From the NCBI GenBank assembly GCA_004764695.1, contig SMSO01000007.1:930001-994000 (forward strand): a stretch of 64,000 nucleotides of DNA. Reading direction: 5' to 3'. Of the stretch, positions 10,201 through 21,867 are shown piece by piece. Below the pieces are notes generated by a model that had not been told where the DNA came from, did no database searches, and saw nothing but the letters and a program-made list of their open reading frames with translations. Positions within the stretch are counted from its first letter, which is position 1. Every line of letters begins with the position of its first letter. Position numbers and translations under genes: made by a program. The DNA is from Schizochytrium sp. TIO01. Its lineage: Eukaryota; Protista; Bigyra: Labyrinthulomycetes.

Positions 10201-11631
10201 GATACTAATGAACATGTGCGTCGGTTTTCGTGGCGTTGGTATGCCGTTCAGTATGTGGAAGCGTGGATACATCAATTGGCCTTCGCAGTTGGCCCGGCCA
10301 TGTTAATGCAATTGGCATTCTCTGCTCAGGCCATGCATGCAACAACAATAGGCTCGGCAGCAAGTCTTCACAAGGAAGACTTAGCATTGCTACCAGTGAA
10401 ACGTAACCTTGCTTCTTTTGATGTAATTTGGCTCTTGCAAGGGGCTGGTTCTCTTGCTGCTATCTGCCTTCTCACTTGCTATGTCCTCCTTTTCCTTGTA
10501 TATGTTGAAATCTTCACTTTACATGTACTGATACAAAGGATTATTCGGATCAGCTATAGAGTAGTTTTCACCTGTTCGCTCTTTGTGCTTTTGTGTTTTA
10601 TAAGCATGCAGTGTGTCTGGGTGCTTCTCGCTGCATTTCTAAGGCCAGCAAGTTTTCTTCCGATGGGCTCTGCACTCGCCTGTTTTCTTTCAATTCTGAC
10701 CTACCAATACAATCGCATTCACAAAATTAAGAGCCGAGTACAAGGAACAATGGTTGAGGTATTTAATTCTAAAATAAGAGACCGTATTTTAGAAGCAATC
10801 GACCTCAAACGACAATGTGCACAAACACTAAATCCTGCAATCTTATCAATTGCTTCGGACACGAACTACACATTTGATCCAAATGATTTATTCACACTCA
10901 TAGATGCGCCGGATGTGAATTACAAAAATATCAAAGTGGACTCCCCCAGAGGCATTGGGACTATAGTATCTCCAATAGTGGTTCCGGCAGCTAAAGTTGT
11001 GGACATAACACCAAATAGCACAGAGGTAGACACACATATTAAAAGCGATGATACTGAAATTGGTGTTTTATCGGAAAGTCCAAGGGATTCTGCGATGGCG
11101 GTAACAGCTCCAACAGAAATTATTACAAACTCTTCAGGAGGCAACGAATTACTTTCGCGAGAAGAGTTCGACCAAATGTTTGATATGCTGGGCATCAACG
11201 TTCTTCAGTCAAGGCGTGATATGATGTTTGCCTACTGTGACTTGATAGAGTCCGACGATTATGTTTCACGAGAAGAATTTTTGGGTGCATGGGACTGGTT
11301 ACTTGGTGAGCTTGCAAGTAGTGTGGTAGGCCAAGGCCTTGGATTGTCTTCAATCGAAATTACGTTGTATATGGTAACTTTGGCAGTCGTTTTGGCTCTT
11401 ATCTTTGTGTTTTTACTTCTAAGTATGGCAGCGTTTAACCCCAATGGAGGCTTCTCAGCGATTGTGCAATCTGCCATTATAGCAAGTGCTTCATTTTTTT
11501 CAACTAGCGCATCAAACGCATTTGGTGCTGCGGGTGCAGCTACCGACTTGCATGGAAACCCAGAAGAAGTCAAGAAGATTGTTTCGAAAGAAGTTGATGA
11601 ACATATCGTGCCAGAAACAGAAAGTAATTAG
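7219..11631 (+). CDS. 1470-aa multi-pass membrane protein with EF-hand calcium-binding motifs
   Basis: Uninterrupted 4.4-kb ORF. N-terminal TM (VIAIFVNPILAYLIYFAV); canonical EF loop DLDNNGKVTSDE (8173-8208); TM LSLLFSLLIGVITAVMVL; a cluster of hydrophobic helices at about aa 1015-1160; degenerate EF pair (LLSREEFDQMF, DLIESDDYVSREEF, about 11130-11295); C-terminal TMs. Confidence 0.92.
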   Translation: MATKNHDEDMKNHPLDISKTATRGVSLSHRQRFSAWIGKQGRRKIVRVIAIFVNPILAYLIYFAVAEALYLSTLNTFDPRSAINIQVTACSVFAKPCPLSGTDEFGDSVCGYDAEIGQKAGTIRVQRNMIKSSSSRTFRTSTSYLEYLTVSSTLDCLAFQSRYCAPVCRVDVYIPAENSLHLKITQEKSEASKIATLRLEPGVSLDQLTVSGTSLRVSVEGSSVSTKAKITSGSEEILILDSRLTDGWLSADDSNIRVIYRKNQTYAAPPDLIKVDYRSTTYDDRVALSAKKVYFQNENTTMDECTSGKYLQRIQKAYDLDNNGKVTSDEFTSGLATIGKCCGSACPVANYCDSKLTPVYIPYGASYITSSQLYETIRDELDYSVIPWCTRRAWLDTNSSHDLSDEELIAVLEENVDYINARTNAGIIQIGFWDADGFQPFVSEAQEDADAVAEENDGEYDSIDLRMLSSMANSIFSSVRDIYGDGPVAESSDIPTEVFAVFFADISPFLNEFSSTTEFRFVYTNQPVYLSIAPSLLSALSLGLLQPEIKHFRISFAPSSPYQLGNASATREAMGNELFRILKPRFRTSLWGAMVSLDDDEGGFQRPSYSQYTLDPASEEVIQIDFSPDQLGTLSLLFSLLIGVITAVMVLSKFSTIMKLHLQNKFRNDDARAKVLKARKRTTVREAFHVDFCKDDDRYAMNNVLERPVELFDVILVDPVRRYLSDSLRSFINQTYEIDEKHLVWNKKHGPRRLKHSHKSRMVTPQETSRLTVSLPGRGSQVVPVDKAKISSKRVSHAAHSSGRYENSMTLSRFLKAYEKFCFQENLNMEENIQTVKQRLLTEFGIRIRSFMALRVAGCRWKEIPAHHQDGLYTKEIRRSAPNYNYSQYVHAHWDKLSKISSTEDMLEQFVLLFCDVTGNVADFVSFENLLDQKTGVERKGFQDAFQSFARSIQRRSGYGDVYEVALDADMLDKVNLKLKTVRIETMRALKTPLDTNEHVRRFSWRWYAVQYVEAWIHQLAFAVGPAMLMQLAFSAQAMHATTIGSAASLHKEDLALLPVKRNLASFDVIWLLQGAGSLAAICLLTCYVLLFLVYVEIFTLHVLIQRIIRISYRVVFTCSLFVLLCFISMQCVWVLLAAFLRPASFLPMGSALACFLSILTYQYNRIHKIKSRVQGTMVEVFNSKIRDRILEAIDLKRQCAQTLNPAILSIASDTNYTFDPNDLFTLIDAPDVNYKNIKVDSPRGIGTIVSPIVVPAAKVVDITPNSTEVDTHIKSDDTEIGVLSESPRDSAMAVTAPTEIITNSSGGNELLSREEFDQMFDMLGINVLQSRRDMMFAYCDLIESDDYVSREEFLGAWDWLLGELASSVVGQGLGLSSIEITLYMVTLAVVLALIFVFLLLSMAAFNPNGGFSAIVQSAIIASASFFSTSASNAFGAAGAATDLHGNPEEVKKIVSKEVDEHIVPETESN

Positions 11632-12412
11632 TTATGTTGAGCCTTGTTTATTCCTCATGCTTAATCTGAAAAGAACGTTTCCCACGCTCGGTCAATAGGC
11701 CTAAAATTCTAAAAACGTTAGACTGGAAAGGAAATGATGAAAATTAGGCTTAATAAAAGTGTCCCTAAATTTAAAATGCCACTTCAGCTAGGTATTTTAC
11801 AAATTGCTGAGCGAGACATCATAATCACTTGCTGTCTAGACCACTTTGAAAAGATGAAGCGGCCTTTATGATTGCCGCCAAAATTAAGCATATGACATTG
11901 TTTGACGTCACATGAAAGCCTAGATACTACAAAGTTTAAAGTTGAGAAAACCTTTCATCTCAACGATTTTTCTATTCAGATCTAAGTATCTGGAATTCCA
12001 TAGAAGTTCTGGCTCTGGTTAAATAAAAGACCTAGCTAAAGAACTACTATAAGTGAGAACGCAATCCATTCTGCTGAAAAATACCCTTTATATAGTCTTG
12101 GTTTGGCTGAGAGCAATGTAATAATAGCCTATTGCCATTGTTTTTGTTTGCTTTCCAGCGATTTTACGGCAGTAGTTGATGCCCCGGTACATCTTCACTC
12201 GGTTCTGTCATACCCGTGTGGGCTTTGCAGCCATTAGTTCTTACTAATTCCATACACGTGTCTTTGATTGTCCAGCTTCAAGTGGTTTACCAAGAACTTA
12301 AGCAAAATTTTACTGTTGAAGCAAAGTCACCTTTCAAATGTTGAGAAGCTTTCAAGTAAAATCAACCAGCCAAGATTCACTCTTCCACAGATTTGTATGC
12401 CTATACTCATTA

Positions 12413-12448
12413 GGTTTGCTGCTGCACAGAGGTTTGCTGCTGCACAGA
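12413..12448. repeat. 18-bp tandem duplication
   Basis: ggtttgctgctgcacaga x2. Confidence 0.9.
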
Positions 12449-13850
12449 GGTCCAACACAATGCATTAGCAATTATCATTCCCTCTAGTTACACCTCGTCG
12501 TTGCGAGTTTGCGCTATTTCCCCATGTTCAGCTAGTATAAGATGCTCATGATACACGTCGCTAAGGCTTACTTAACAGACACTACTACCGCCATACCTAT
12601 ATTCGACCACGATTCTGACGTCAAGGTTTTGCGCCTCCAAGCCATAAAGTGGCGAAAGCAGTTTGCACTTCAAGCTTGTCCCATTGCCACTTGAAAGGCT
12701 CTTTCTCATTTCCAAAACTCTAATTGCCTCTCGACGAGGGCAATTAGCCTGCACTGGCAACGTAGTAGCCGCCTCATGGCACAGCCCGAGTTCTCTAGCT
12801 AGATGGATGCAAGGGCGATGCCAACGAAGCGAAGAAGTCAAGGTACACAAAGCTGACAGAGCGGGGTCAATACTACACTGGTTTAGTGAGTATGCAAACG
12901 GTTTTTCTAAAAGGACTCAGCAAAGGCCGTGGAGCTACGATCGGGGATTGCTTTGTATTGCTTGAAGGGATGCTGTAGCCGCTGGGAGGGTCTCTGATAC
13001 TTTGGTATAATGACGTGGGTATGGGAGCATGAATGCAGTATCTAAAACAGCTTCGCAATGCAGATATCCAAGTTTGAAATTCCAGCCCAGCGCCCAATTG
13101 CGTGGAATTTCTCTGTTCATTTCGCACATTAGACCGACATTTGTTCGAAAAACTTCTGCGAAAGTTGTCTAGTTCTTACATGGTAGCAAAAAGGCCAAAT
13201 GCTCAGAACATCACCATCAATAAGTTAATGAGGTCAAATCTGTATGGTTTCTTGACCACTGATGACTCTTGCCTCTCTTGTACGTTTTACCACCGGCATC
13301 TGAGTGTAGCCGCAACACTCAAGCCTGAGAGTACAGGAAATAAGGTATAACAAGTACAAGCAAGAACATATGGGACGACACGAATTGGGAGTAAAAACAT
13401 CGAGTTGGATTTTAAAAGGTTGAATAGAACTTTTCGATTGAAGAAAACATCGTGTGAGAGGCGCCAACACAGATCCTCTAATCAACGACAGGGTGAGGGA
13501 CATCGTGCGCTGCGGATGCAGCTGCGTTAGATTCTCTACATGAGGACGCGGCCACTCAAGGGAACAATCTCTGGACGATGATTGCAAACAACGAGTTGTA
13601 TATGCATACATGACAGATTCGCACAGAGTGAGTGAACCGCGTCGAAAAAAGTGATAGGAACAGTTGGCTCGTAGGTAGTCATCATCTCGGCGATGTGGCC
13701 ACCAAAGAGTCAGCCATAGACATAGAGGACAGCACCGCGGGTTAGAGCGGGTTTGCCCAGAGATATTGACAATTACTTCAGCTATTTGAGGCGTATTTAC
13801 TGCTGGTGAGCACCACGCTTCAGATAACGGTGACAGGGTGAAGAAGCAAT

Positions 13851-15104
13851 TTAGATGGAAGGGCTGCGAGAAGCACGAGGGCTCTGGCCGCTGGGGCGGG
13901 TGAAGGAGACGAGGAAGGAGGGAGGGGGGATGGGGTGCTTGTTAGCGCACTCAATGCAAAGGGTGACAGAGGAGAGGAAGAAAGCGCATGAGCCCCAGAA
14001 GGTGGAGAGGTTGGTACCCCAGTGCTGGCAGCAGACCTCGTTGCCATCACGACCCATGTAGAACCAGCCAAAAAAGGCGTTCAACATGAAACCACATGCA
14101 CCAATGAAGTAGAAGAAGTTAGCCCACCAGCCCATAGATCCAAAGTTAGGCATGTACCATGCGTACTGGCATTCAAGAGTAAGAGTAGAACCGACGAAAA
14201 GGAAACAAATAGAACCGAGAGCAAGACCACCCCACATGAAGATGTCGTAGAGGATGATGTTGTCGTAGGGAACGAGGGTGACACCACCTTCAGTACCAGC
14301 AATGGGGAGACCAAGAGTGAGGGTTGCGAGATAGATGGTTGTGCCGATGAACTGAACACTTGCACCACGCTTGCCAACATCAGAGAAGTCAAGACCAATC
14401 CATCTCCAGGGGCGCTGGGGCTTCTCTTCCTCATCATCATCATTTACAAATTCGACAATACTCTTGCGGCCGCGGGCGTGGGATTCTGCTGTTGCCTTGC
14501 TCTTGCCAAGCTGCTTGACACGGTATCCGAGCTCGAGCTCACGGCGGGGGTTAATAGCTTCAAGGAGACTGAAGTAGCCTCCCAACTGGAAAAGGAAGGC
14601 ACCAATGAAGGCAGAGACTTCACCAAAGAAGTAGCCATCAGAGAAGGATCCGGGCCAGAAGAGGTTGGCGCCACCGACAACGAAAAGAACCGATCCCCAG
14701 GCGAAGGTGTGGCCAACCCACCAGGAGATGTTACCGGGCTCGAAACTGAGGAGGTAGATAACAGTGCGGCCAACCTTGACGTTCTTGTCGTGGCTCTCAA
14801 TGGTAGGGTAGCGACCCTTGCGCTGCTGACGAGCGTGCCAGATGATCTCGCCGTCGAAATCACTGGGGTAGAAGACAACCTCGTGGTTGTTGACCTGCTG
14901 CACTCCGGAAATGCCGGAAAGGTCACCAAAGTTCTCAACATCCTTGAGGGCAGAGGGGCGGTTGCCGTTCATCATGTCACCGACGGACACGCGAGGGCCA
15001 ACACGCTGGCTGCCGAGGCGGCCTTGCTGCTGAGAGTCCGGGTTACGGAATCCGGCCTCTGCATCGCCGCCCGTATGGGCTCCAACCTGAGCGGGGTTTC
15101 CCAT
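13851..15104 (-). CDS. YrhK-like integral membrane protein, copy A (417 aa)
   Basis: ORF with strong C-ending codon bias. Motifs WHARQQRKGRYP, SWWVGHTFAWGSVLFVVG, AFIGAFLFQLGGYFSLLEAIN, GWWANFFYFIGACGF and STFWGSCAF form repeated 'F..GS..F' helix pairs typical of YrhK-domain (PF14145-like) membrane proteins. Paralog at 38670-40175. Confidence 0.9.
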   Translation of the reverse strand: MGNPAQVGAHTGGDAEAGFRNPDSQQQGRLGSQRVGPRVSVGDMMNGNRPSALKDVENFGDLSGISGVQQVNNHEVVFYPSDFDGEIIWHARQQRKGRYPTIESHDKNVKVGRTVIYLLSFEPGNISWWVGHTFAWGSVLFVVGGANLFWPGSFSDGYFFGEVSAFIGAFLFQLGGYFSLLEAINPRRELELGYRVKQLGKSKATAESHARGRKSIVEFVNDDDEEEKPQRPWRWIGLDFSDVGKRGASVQFIGTTIYLATLTLGLPIAGTEGGVTLVPYDNIILYDIFMWGGLALGSICFLFVGSTLTLECQYAWYMPNFGSMGWWANFFYFIGACGFMLNAFFGWFYMGRDGNEVCCQHWGTNLSTFWGSCAFFLSSVTLCIECANKHPIPPPSFLVSFTRPSGQSPRASRSPSI

Positions 15105-18100
15105 TGTACTTGCTTGCTTTGCTTGTATACTATTGCTTGTTTCTTACAGAGTCGCTGCACGTGCTGCACGTGCTTTGCGAGTTACTTTGGATTTATAAGT
15201 ACTAGAGCCTGCTGCGCTGTTGCTTTGCTTGCAGATCTTCTTGTTGTTGCTCGCCGAGGCGGCTGTTTTGAGTTTGGGGTTTGCTTTCCACTCCTCGCCG
15301 GTCCTGGGCACACCTGATCTTGCTCGCACCCTTCGCTAAGGAAAGCTCTTCCTACAAACCAAATTACTTACGACTCTGTCGCACAATGAATGTATAGAAT
15401 AGAAGGTCTAGTGGGAGTCTTTTACTTTTGGTATTGGATGGGATAAATAGCAAGAACAAAGTGAGTTAAAAAGGATTTTGAGCAATGTGAAAGTGCTCGC
15501 GTGAGGCGGCTCGGAGGTAGTGGTGATGGAATGGAATTCCACAAAGGGATGGGATGGAGGTCCTGCTGCTGCTGATGCTGCTGCTATGTAATCAATCTCA
15601 TTGAGCCACGTTGTTTTAAAGTCATTTTCAATGCTGTTGATCATCCTCTTGATCGCTCTTGGCTAGTGCTGCGTCCTTTTCAATGAAAGTAAACATGATC
15701 GATGGTGCTTTTGTCACTTTTGTGAGGACTATGATGACATTTACTTCTTTAACTAACACCTCCATTCACTCGAAAAAATAAATTAAAAATTAACTTTAAA
15801 ATAAAGGTTTTTGCACAGTTGGGGAAAAAGTGGAAACCATGACTCACAAGTCAACTAAACATACATAAAGACAGCTTCTCCCTCAAAAAGAACCACTTTG
15901 TTAGCATTCTCACGGATGAGCAAGCAGCCATGAAAAGCCAACTAGACGGTCTTGAGCTAGCACGCTTCTCTGCACTTCCTCGCGTCGTGCCACCTTGTGC
16001 TCGACTAAATTCTCTCTTTCTCACTTCGAGCACTCAGTCAAAATTTACAATCCTCCTCTCTTTGAACATATTTGATGCCAGTGTCGTTGTGTGAGACAGA
16101 TTAAGTGCGTACCACTGAGCCGAGTGATGTGTTTTAGGTGGGTGGGTTCATCAGTGTAGAAGGAGGGCGCGCGAACGAGGGAGAGCCTCCTCAGCGGGAC
16201 CGAAGGCGGGCGACACGAAGGAGGCTGCTCGCTAATCATGATTTATAAAAGTATAACAGCTTTGGAAACATGAGAGAAGCCTGTGGCATTTGGCGAGCAT
16301 CCACCGTGCAGGAGGCGGCTTTATCCTCTTCCGGGCTACAACTGGACCGAGCGCCTGCCTTGCCGAAGTTTCCTCTTTAGTGAATTCTGCATTGCATTCT
16401 GTTTACAATTACAGTGTGCTAGCTACTAATTTAAAAAAAAAAAAGTTAAATTAAATTAAATATTGATAATTAAAGTCATTAGCATGGAAGAGAAGCTTCC
16501 AGTTTCCATAAAGTTTCCATAAAGTAGACAAATGAAAACTATATAAGTGGTGTTTTTTTCCCTTTATTATGATGATTTTGTAAATGAAAAAAATAACATA
16601 AAAAATGAATTTCTAAAACTTTCAACAAACAAAGAAAAAGTGGTGAAAAAATGAATGAATTTGATTTGGATGATGAAATTCAATGCTTCGAGCGAAATTA
16701 AGCGAAAGCGGCTCTGTCATCGGGAGGAGGGTGGCGATGAGGAAGCACTGCTCAAGGCCCACCGAGACGCTTCTGCTATAATAGTTCGCCGAGTAAGCAA
16801 GCACGCCCACTTTCTGCAATAAGCACGAGAAAGTGCCTCTTCATACCAACCACCTCACGTGCCTTTATAAAACAGCAGCACTAGAAATAAATAAATCATC
16901 ACCGCTTCACACAAACAAAAGACACTAATCTTCAAAAGAATACTACAATCAACTCTTCAATCAATCCACTCACTGTCAAATCTCCATTTCTTGACTTGCC
17001 ATATCCCTCCACGACACCACCAAGCTAGCCGAGGAGGCACCGGCCAGGAGCAGCGTACTGGCAAGCGCCAGCGTGTGGCGAAATGTGTCATTTTAGCTCA
17101 ATGAAATTGACCTTCATTCAACGAGAAAATCTGTTCTTTCACAGACTCCCAAAGAAAGCGATCCTCCTCTATCATAGAACCGCGCTAGCCACACTTACTG
17201 ACTCGTAGCCCTGCTATAACATCAACCGCTGCACGTGCCGCGCATAGAGAGGCAGTCAGTATGTGGGAGGAGCCTCAATGCAGGCAGCTCCGGTGAGGTC
17301 TCTCATCTGCCGCCTCATAGCGCATCGTGCTTATCCACTGATACACATCCTTTATACCTGCTACCAAAGTGGCAGAAGAGAGTTTCTCCCTCGGAGCAGT
17401 ACCTCGTTTATATGCGGAAAGACATCCAACAAGAAAGCGAACGGGGCAGAGAGAAAAAGTTTATTGATCTACGCGGATTGTAAGGCAGATATATGGGAGG
17501 TGGCGTGGATATACGGGACGTGGTGCGGGAGAAGAGCCATTTTCTTTTTCTTTCTTTATTCCACATTTGGATGCGAATGCTATCCTCCTTTCAAGTTGTC
17601 TGTCCATGTTTTTACTGCTGGTGAGCGCGCCGAGAGTGTCTAATCTAGTAAGCTTTTTACGCTGATGGTCTTACTGTTTGTTCGGTTTGTCGTGGCTTAG
17701 CTTGGTTTTATTTATAATCACGATAGGCTAACTCTATCATCTTTTATACTTGTAAAAGAAAATGCCTTTTTCCATATTATGTCTTTAAGTTTTAAATGCA
17801 TCTTTAGAATTACATTTTTATTGAAATTAAAAAATATAGATAATAAATAAATAAATATAAAGTGAGAGAGTGTGCCATACTAGTGAAAGGTAGAGAGGAA
17901 AAAGGAACGGAAAATGACGATGGGAGGAAAGAGGAAACAAAGGGGCACGCGATATGGGCTTCGCCCATGTTGCGCCTGCTCGCGGCGCGCTGCTTCCTGG
18001 CTCCCGTTCTTGCGATGCATATGCTCAGGCTGGTAATACGATCTGCCAAAGGCAAGCGACGCCTCCCTCCGCCCATTTATAGCTTGCTCCACGCGTACAA

Positions 18101-21100
18101 TCTCTGGATTTGGCGTGCGGAGGATTTGGCGAAGCAAAAGTTAAAAAGAATGGGCAAGAGCATGTCTGATTATTCTTTTAAAGGAGGTCTTTTATTAAAA
18201 AAAATAAAAATAGATCAGATCAGGAAATGCGATTTCGAGTACTAGCACGGATATTCACGAGAAGACGCACACCTGCGAGAGCTAAAGAAAGTCAATAACT
18301 CTGCAGCTGCTACATGCATAAATGAGAAATTAACGCTTGCATACTACAAGTACTATGTGTAAGTGTACGACTGCTAGGACTATTTGCTTTCTTGGCGGGG
18401 ACACAGTCAAGACTAAGTATGCAATGAATTGCTTCTCTTCTCTATTTCACACCCAAGTTAAGATGGTCGCCATAATTACGACGTCCCTCCTCTTTAGAGG
18501 AAACAAACAAACAGCAAGCAAACGATTCTAGAAAACCATCAAGAATAGATATACTGCTAATAGCCTTTTCAAGAGTTATTCCCCTAACGCTGGCTCAGGC
18601 AGTAGGTAATTTATTAAACTCTCAGTTGTCCAACTATATTTTTTACTGCCCCCTCCCCGGAATTAATGTTAGTACACGCAGGATGAATGCACATTATTGT
18701 GTGAGTTTGATGAAACAATTTTAGATGAAGAAAAAACACCTAAAGAGCCCTTGGGCAGTAGAAGTTCTGTGAAGAAGCAGTCTACCATGGTGCGATTCTC
18801 GTTATCAAGGTATCTATGTCATTCGCTTTGATTATTTTATTGCCTGAATTTTAATCAAAGCTACTGCAGCACGTGCAACTTGGGTGTCGATTCAAAGCCG
18901 AGACCAGGACACATTAGGTTTGTCAAATGTCAGCACCTGCAGCATTCGGCGACAACAAATCTATTAATCAGCGATAAAATGAGTCAAATAAAGGCAGCGA
19001 ACGATGAATAGCGACAAAGCTTTCTCAAGAAGCAGAGGGTTTAGTCCCTGATTATAAAGCAACTCCTGCAACTCTTGGAGCGAGAATGAGTTCGTTCGGC
19101 GATCCATCCTTGCTTGTGAATAGTGAAATACCATCATGAGGTAAAGAAAAGGTAAGGTCTATTTCTAATTGGAGAAGAAAGTTAGGGGAAACAAAGCAGA
19201 TAGAGGGAAATGAAAAAGACACCTATGTGACGCAAGGCGTGCTTTGGTCGCCGCTGGAGCAAGTGGAAATATGCTCCTGATCTTGCAAACTAGAGAAATC
19301 GAAAATACCACATTGTACAATTGTTTATAAAGCAAAGAGTAGTTATAAACATGTTTAAAAATGAATGGAAAAATGAACTAATGATTGAGACACAAAGAGC
19401 TTTTTGTTAGAAGGCCAGTGTCTTATCCACCAAGTCAAGAAGGCACAGAAGCAGAACAGACAAGAAGGCAAGCGAAACAAGGACCAGGGTGCCGCTTCTG
19501 TTGCCGACCTCAACTGTTCCCCGTTTTTGGTAAATGGTTCTCATCCTCGTAACAACAACCTCCTCAACAAGTTTAGTTAGTTTTTCTCATTCTCTTCTTT
19601 TCCTTCCTTTTTTGGAACAGACTAAACAAATAAATAATTTGAAAAAAAGAAAGTTTTAATTTCTTTTTCTACCTAAAAGCACTTCCACCATTGGGGCTCT
19701 ATTAAATCAATGCTTGATCATGATATCAACAATGTCATTCTGCCATCCATCCATAATCATTCTTGGCAGCTACCTAGCTACATAGCTAACTAGGTAGTGT
19801 CATGATGATAGTGATGATCCAAATATTCCTATGATCAATTCTAATCTCGGCGTACTATATCGCTTCCGCGTGGGAGTGTGGAGGGCACAAGTACCAAGTG
19901 CGAAAAGGCCTCTCCGTAATGCTGCTGCAGAGACCTTCCAAACCAAGGCTTCTTCTTCTTCCTTTAGGAATTGGCACTGCAAGGCGAAACAACAACCCAA
20001 AGGAGGCAAAGAACTAGGCACCTACGTACCTTCCTAGGCTGTAACAAACAGAAGAACATAGCTCAAGCTCAAACTCGAGTTGGCTTTGGCTTGGCTTCGA
20101 TTCGATTCGAATTGTTACATGAATATTGGAGGAAGTTCAACAAAATATAGTTGTTACTTTGTACGGGGCTTCGTCTCATTCATTGGCTTATGCTTGATCA
20201 TTGATTGCTTGATCGACCGATCGATCTCCAAGTTCCACCATCGTTGGCTCTCGCAGCATGGCTGTCAAGTGACGGGGAGCGTTGAGGTGACAAAAAAGAG
20301 AAATGGTGAGGCTCCAATGATGATGTCATTTCAGGATCATCGTACCGAGGAAAGAAATGGGCGCTCGTAACCTATTCGCAAGGGAACCAGAAGTAGTAAA
20401 ACACGATGGGTATCACAAAAATATTAAATGGATAAAGAAGACCTGTGTTTCGCGTTAATTGTGGCTCACAAATGCGGTCAAGTTTACCAGAACCAAGCAA
20501 TCAAAGCGTGGAATCGCATTTGAGTTGTGATCGTTGTAATTCACGATGAAATAGTAGATTTCGATGTTTTATTTCAATTATGAAAATAAAAACCTAAAAA
20601 CATGGCCCACTTTGCTGCCAAAAAGGAATGAATAAATCTGAGTACAACTTGAATGCAACCAGTTATCCTCTTTCTCTGAATGGTCTAAAGTTAAATTCCT
20701 TTGCGGGCGCCGTTGCGTGGCCAGTGCTTTCCTTTCTTGCCTAAGTCGGCTGCGTTGAACCACAACATAGATCTTGACGAAAATGTAGTAGGGTCTAACT
20801 AACTTGTCAGTCAGTGTACACGATGTGTAAACTCATGCGATTTTTGTATTGCATTCTACTACTCCTGCACGTTCCTCGCCACCATCTTGTACGGTACTGA
20901 GGACCCAGGTATCTACACGTGTAAAATCCACTCCCCTAGCTATAGAATGAGACGTAGCTCCTTTCCAGACACTAGTGGTTGTATCCCAGAATAAAAAACA
21001 CTTTCCTGATCATTATTTATTTAGTATTTTCAGGTTCAAGTTATAGCCGCCTGAGAATGAACTTTAAAAAGAAAGAGGATACATAAAAAGTTTGTTTCAC

Positions 21101-21812
21101 ATTTTGTTTGTTTGCTATGGTGACTATTGTAGCACGCACCACATGCTACGGCAGGCCACAAGGTGGTAAACCCCCGCCCGCTTGAGGCTCAGTAGCAGGC
21201 TAGCTTCTTGTCAGCTGGCTGAAAAGTGCTGCCAATGCAGGCCAACGACATCGCCGGGCTTCCCATGATTTCCATGAGGCAGCTGTTGCGAGACCCAAAA
21301 GTTCCGCCTCAGGCCATCTCTCGTCTCGCACTCTGTCTTTTGCAGGGTGCGCCTGCGTTCTCACTTTGTTCCTTGAGCGTTCTCTTTCTTTCTTTTCTTT
21401 TGTTTTTTAAAAAAGAGCAAACATAAGTAATTATTCGAGATGGCAGAACAGCAGTCTTTCGAAGGGGATGGATGACTTTGCCTTGGATCTGGTATTGTTT
21501 CTGGATGGGATTGGAAACTGCATTTGCTACCCATCCCTTCCTTTTTGGCTTCTGCAGTTAGATCCTTTGGAAAGGAAATGGAATGAACTTGTCATGCTTA
21601 CTCGTCTTTTTTGGGCTGATCCTCTTTCTTTCCCCATATACTTCGTTTACTATTACTTCCTTCCCTCCTTCCTTTTGATCCTCCCTCCTCCTCCATTTTC
21701 TCTCTCTCATTCAGTTCGGGTTCGAATTTGATCTTCTTCTTCTGCTGCTGCTGGAATTCCCTGCTTCATTTTGTTTGCAGCAGCAGCAACAGCAACAGAA
21801 GATTGAGATGAC

Positions 21813-21867
21813 GAAGAAGAAGAAGAAGAAGAAGAAGTAGAAGAAGTAGAAGAAGAAGAAGAAGAAG
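21813..21867. repeat. (GAA)n microsatellite
   Basis: GAA run with two GTA interruptions. Confidence 0.95.

Noticed and set aside
12500-13620. Cluster of short overlapping ORFs between the EF-hand and YrhK-like genes
   Set aside because: No consistent frame, motifs or splice pattern found; could be an old relic but unsupported
14022-15317. 431-aa plus-strand ORF antisense to YrhK-like copy A
   Set aside because: Shadow ORF: the sense gene avoids TTA/CTA/TCA codons, so the in-register antisense frame lacks stops; the translation has no recognisable motifs
21715-21730. GGTTCGAAT T-loop-like motif
   Set aside because: No cloverleaf or A box; lies in a pyrimidine-rich tract, so not a tRNA
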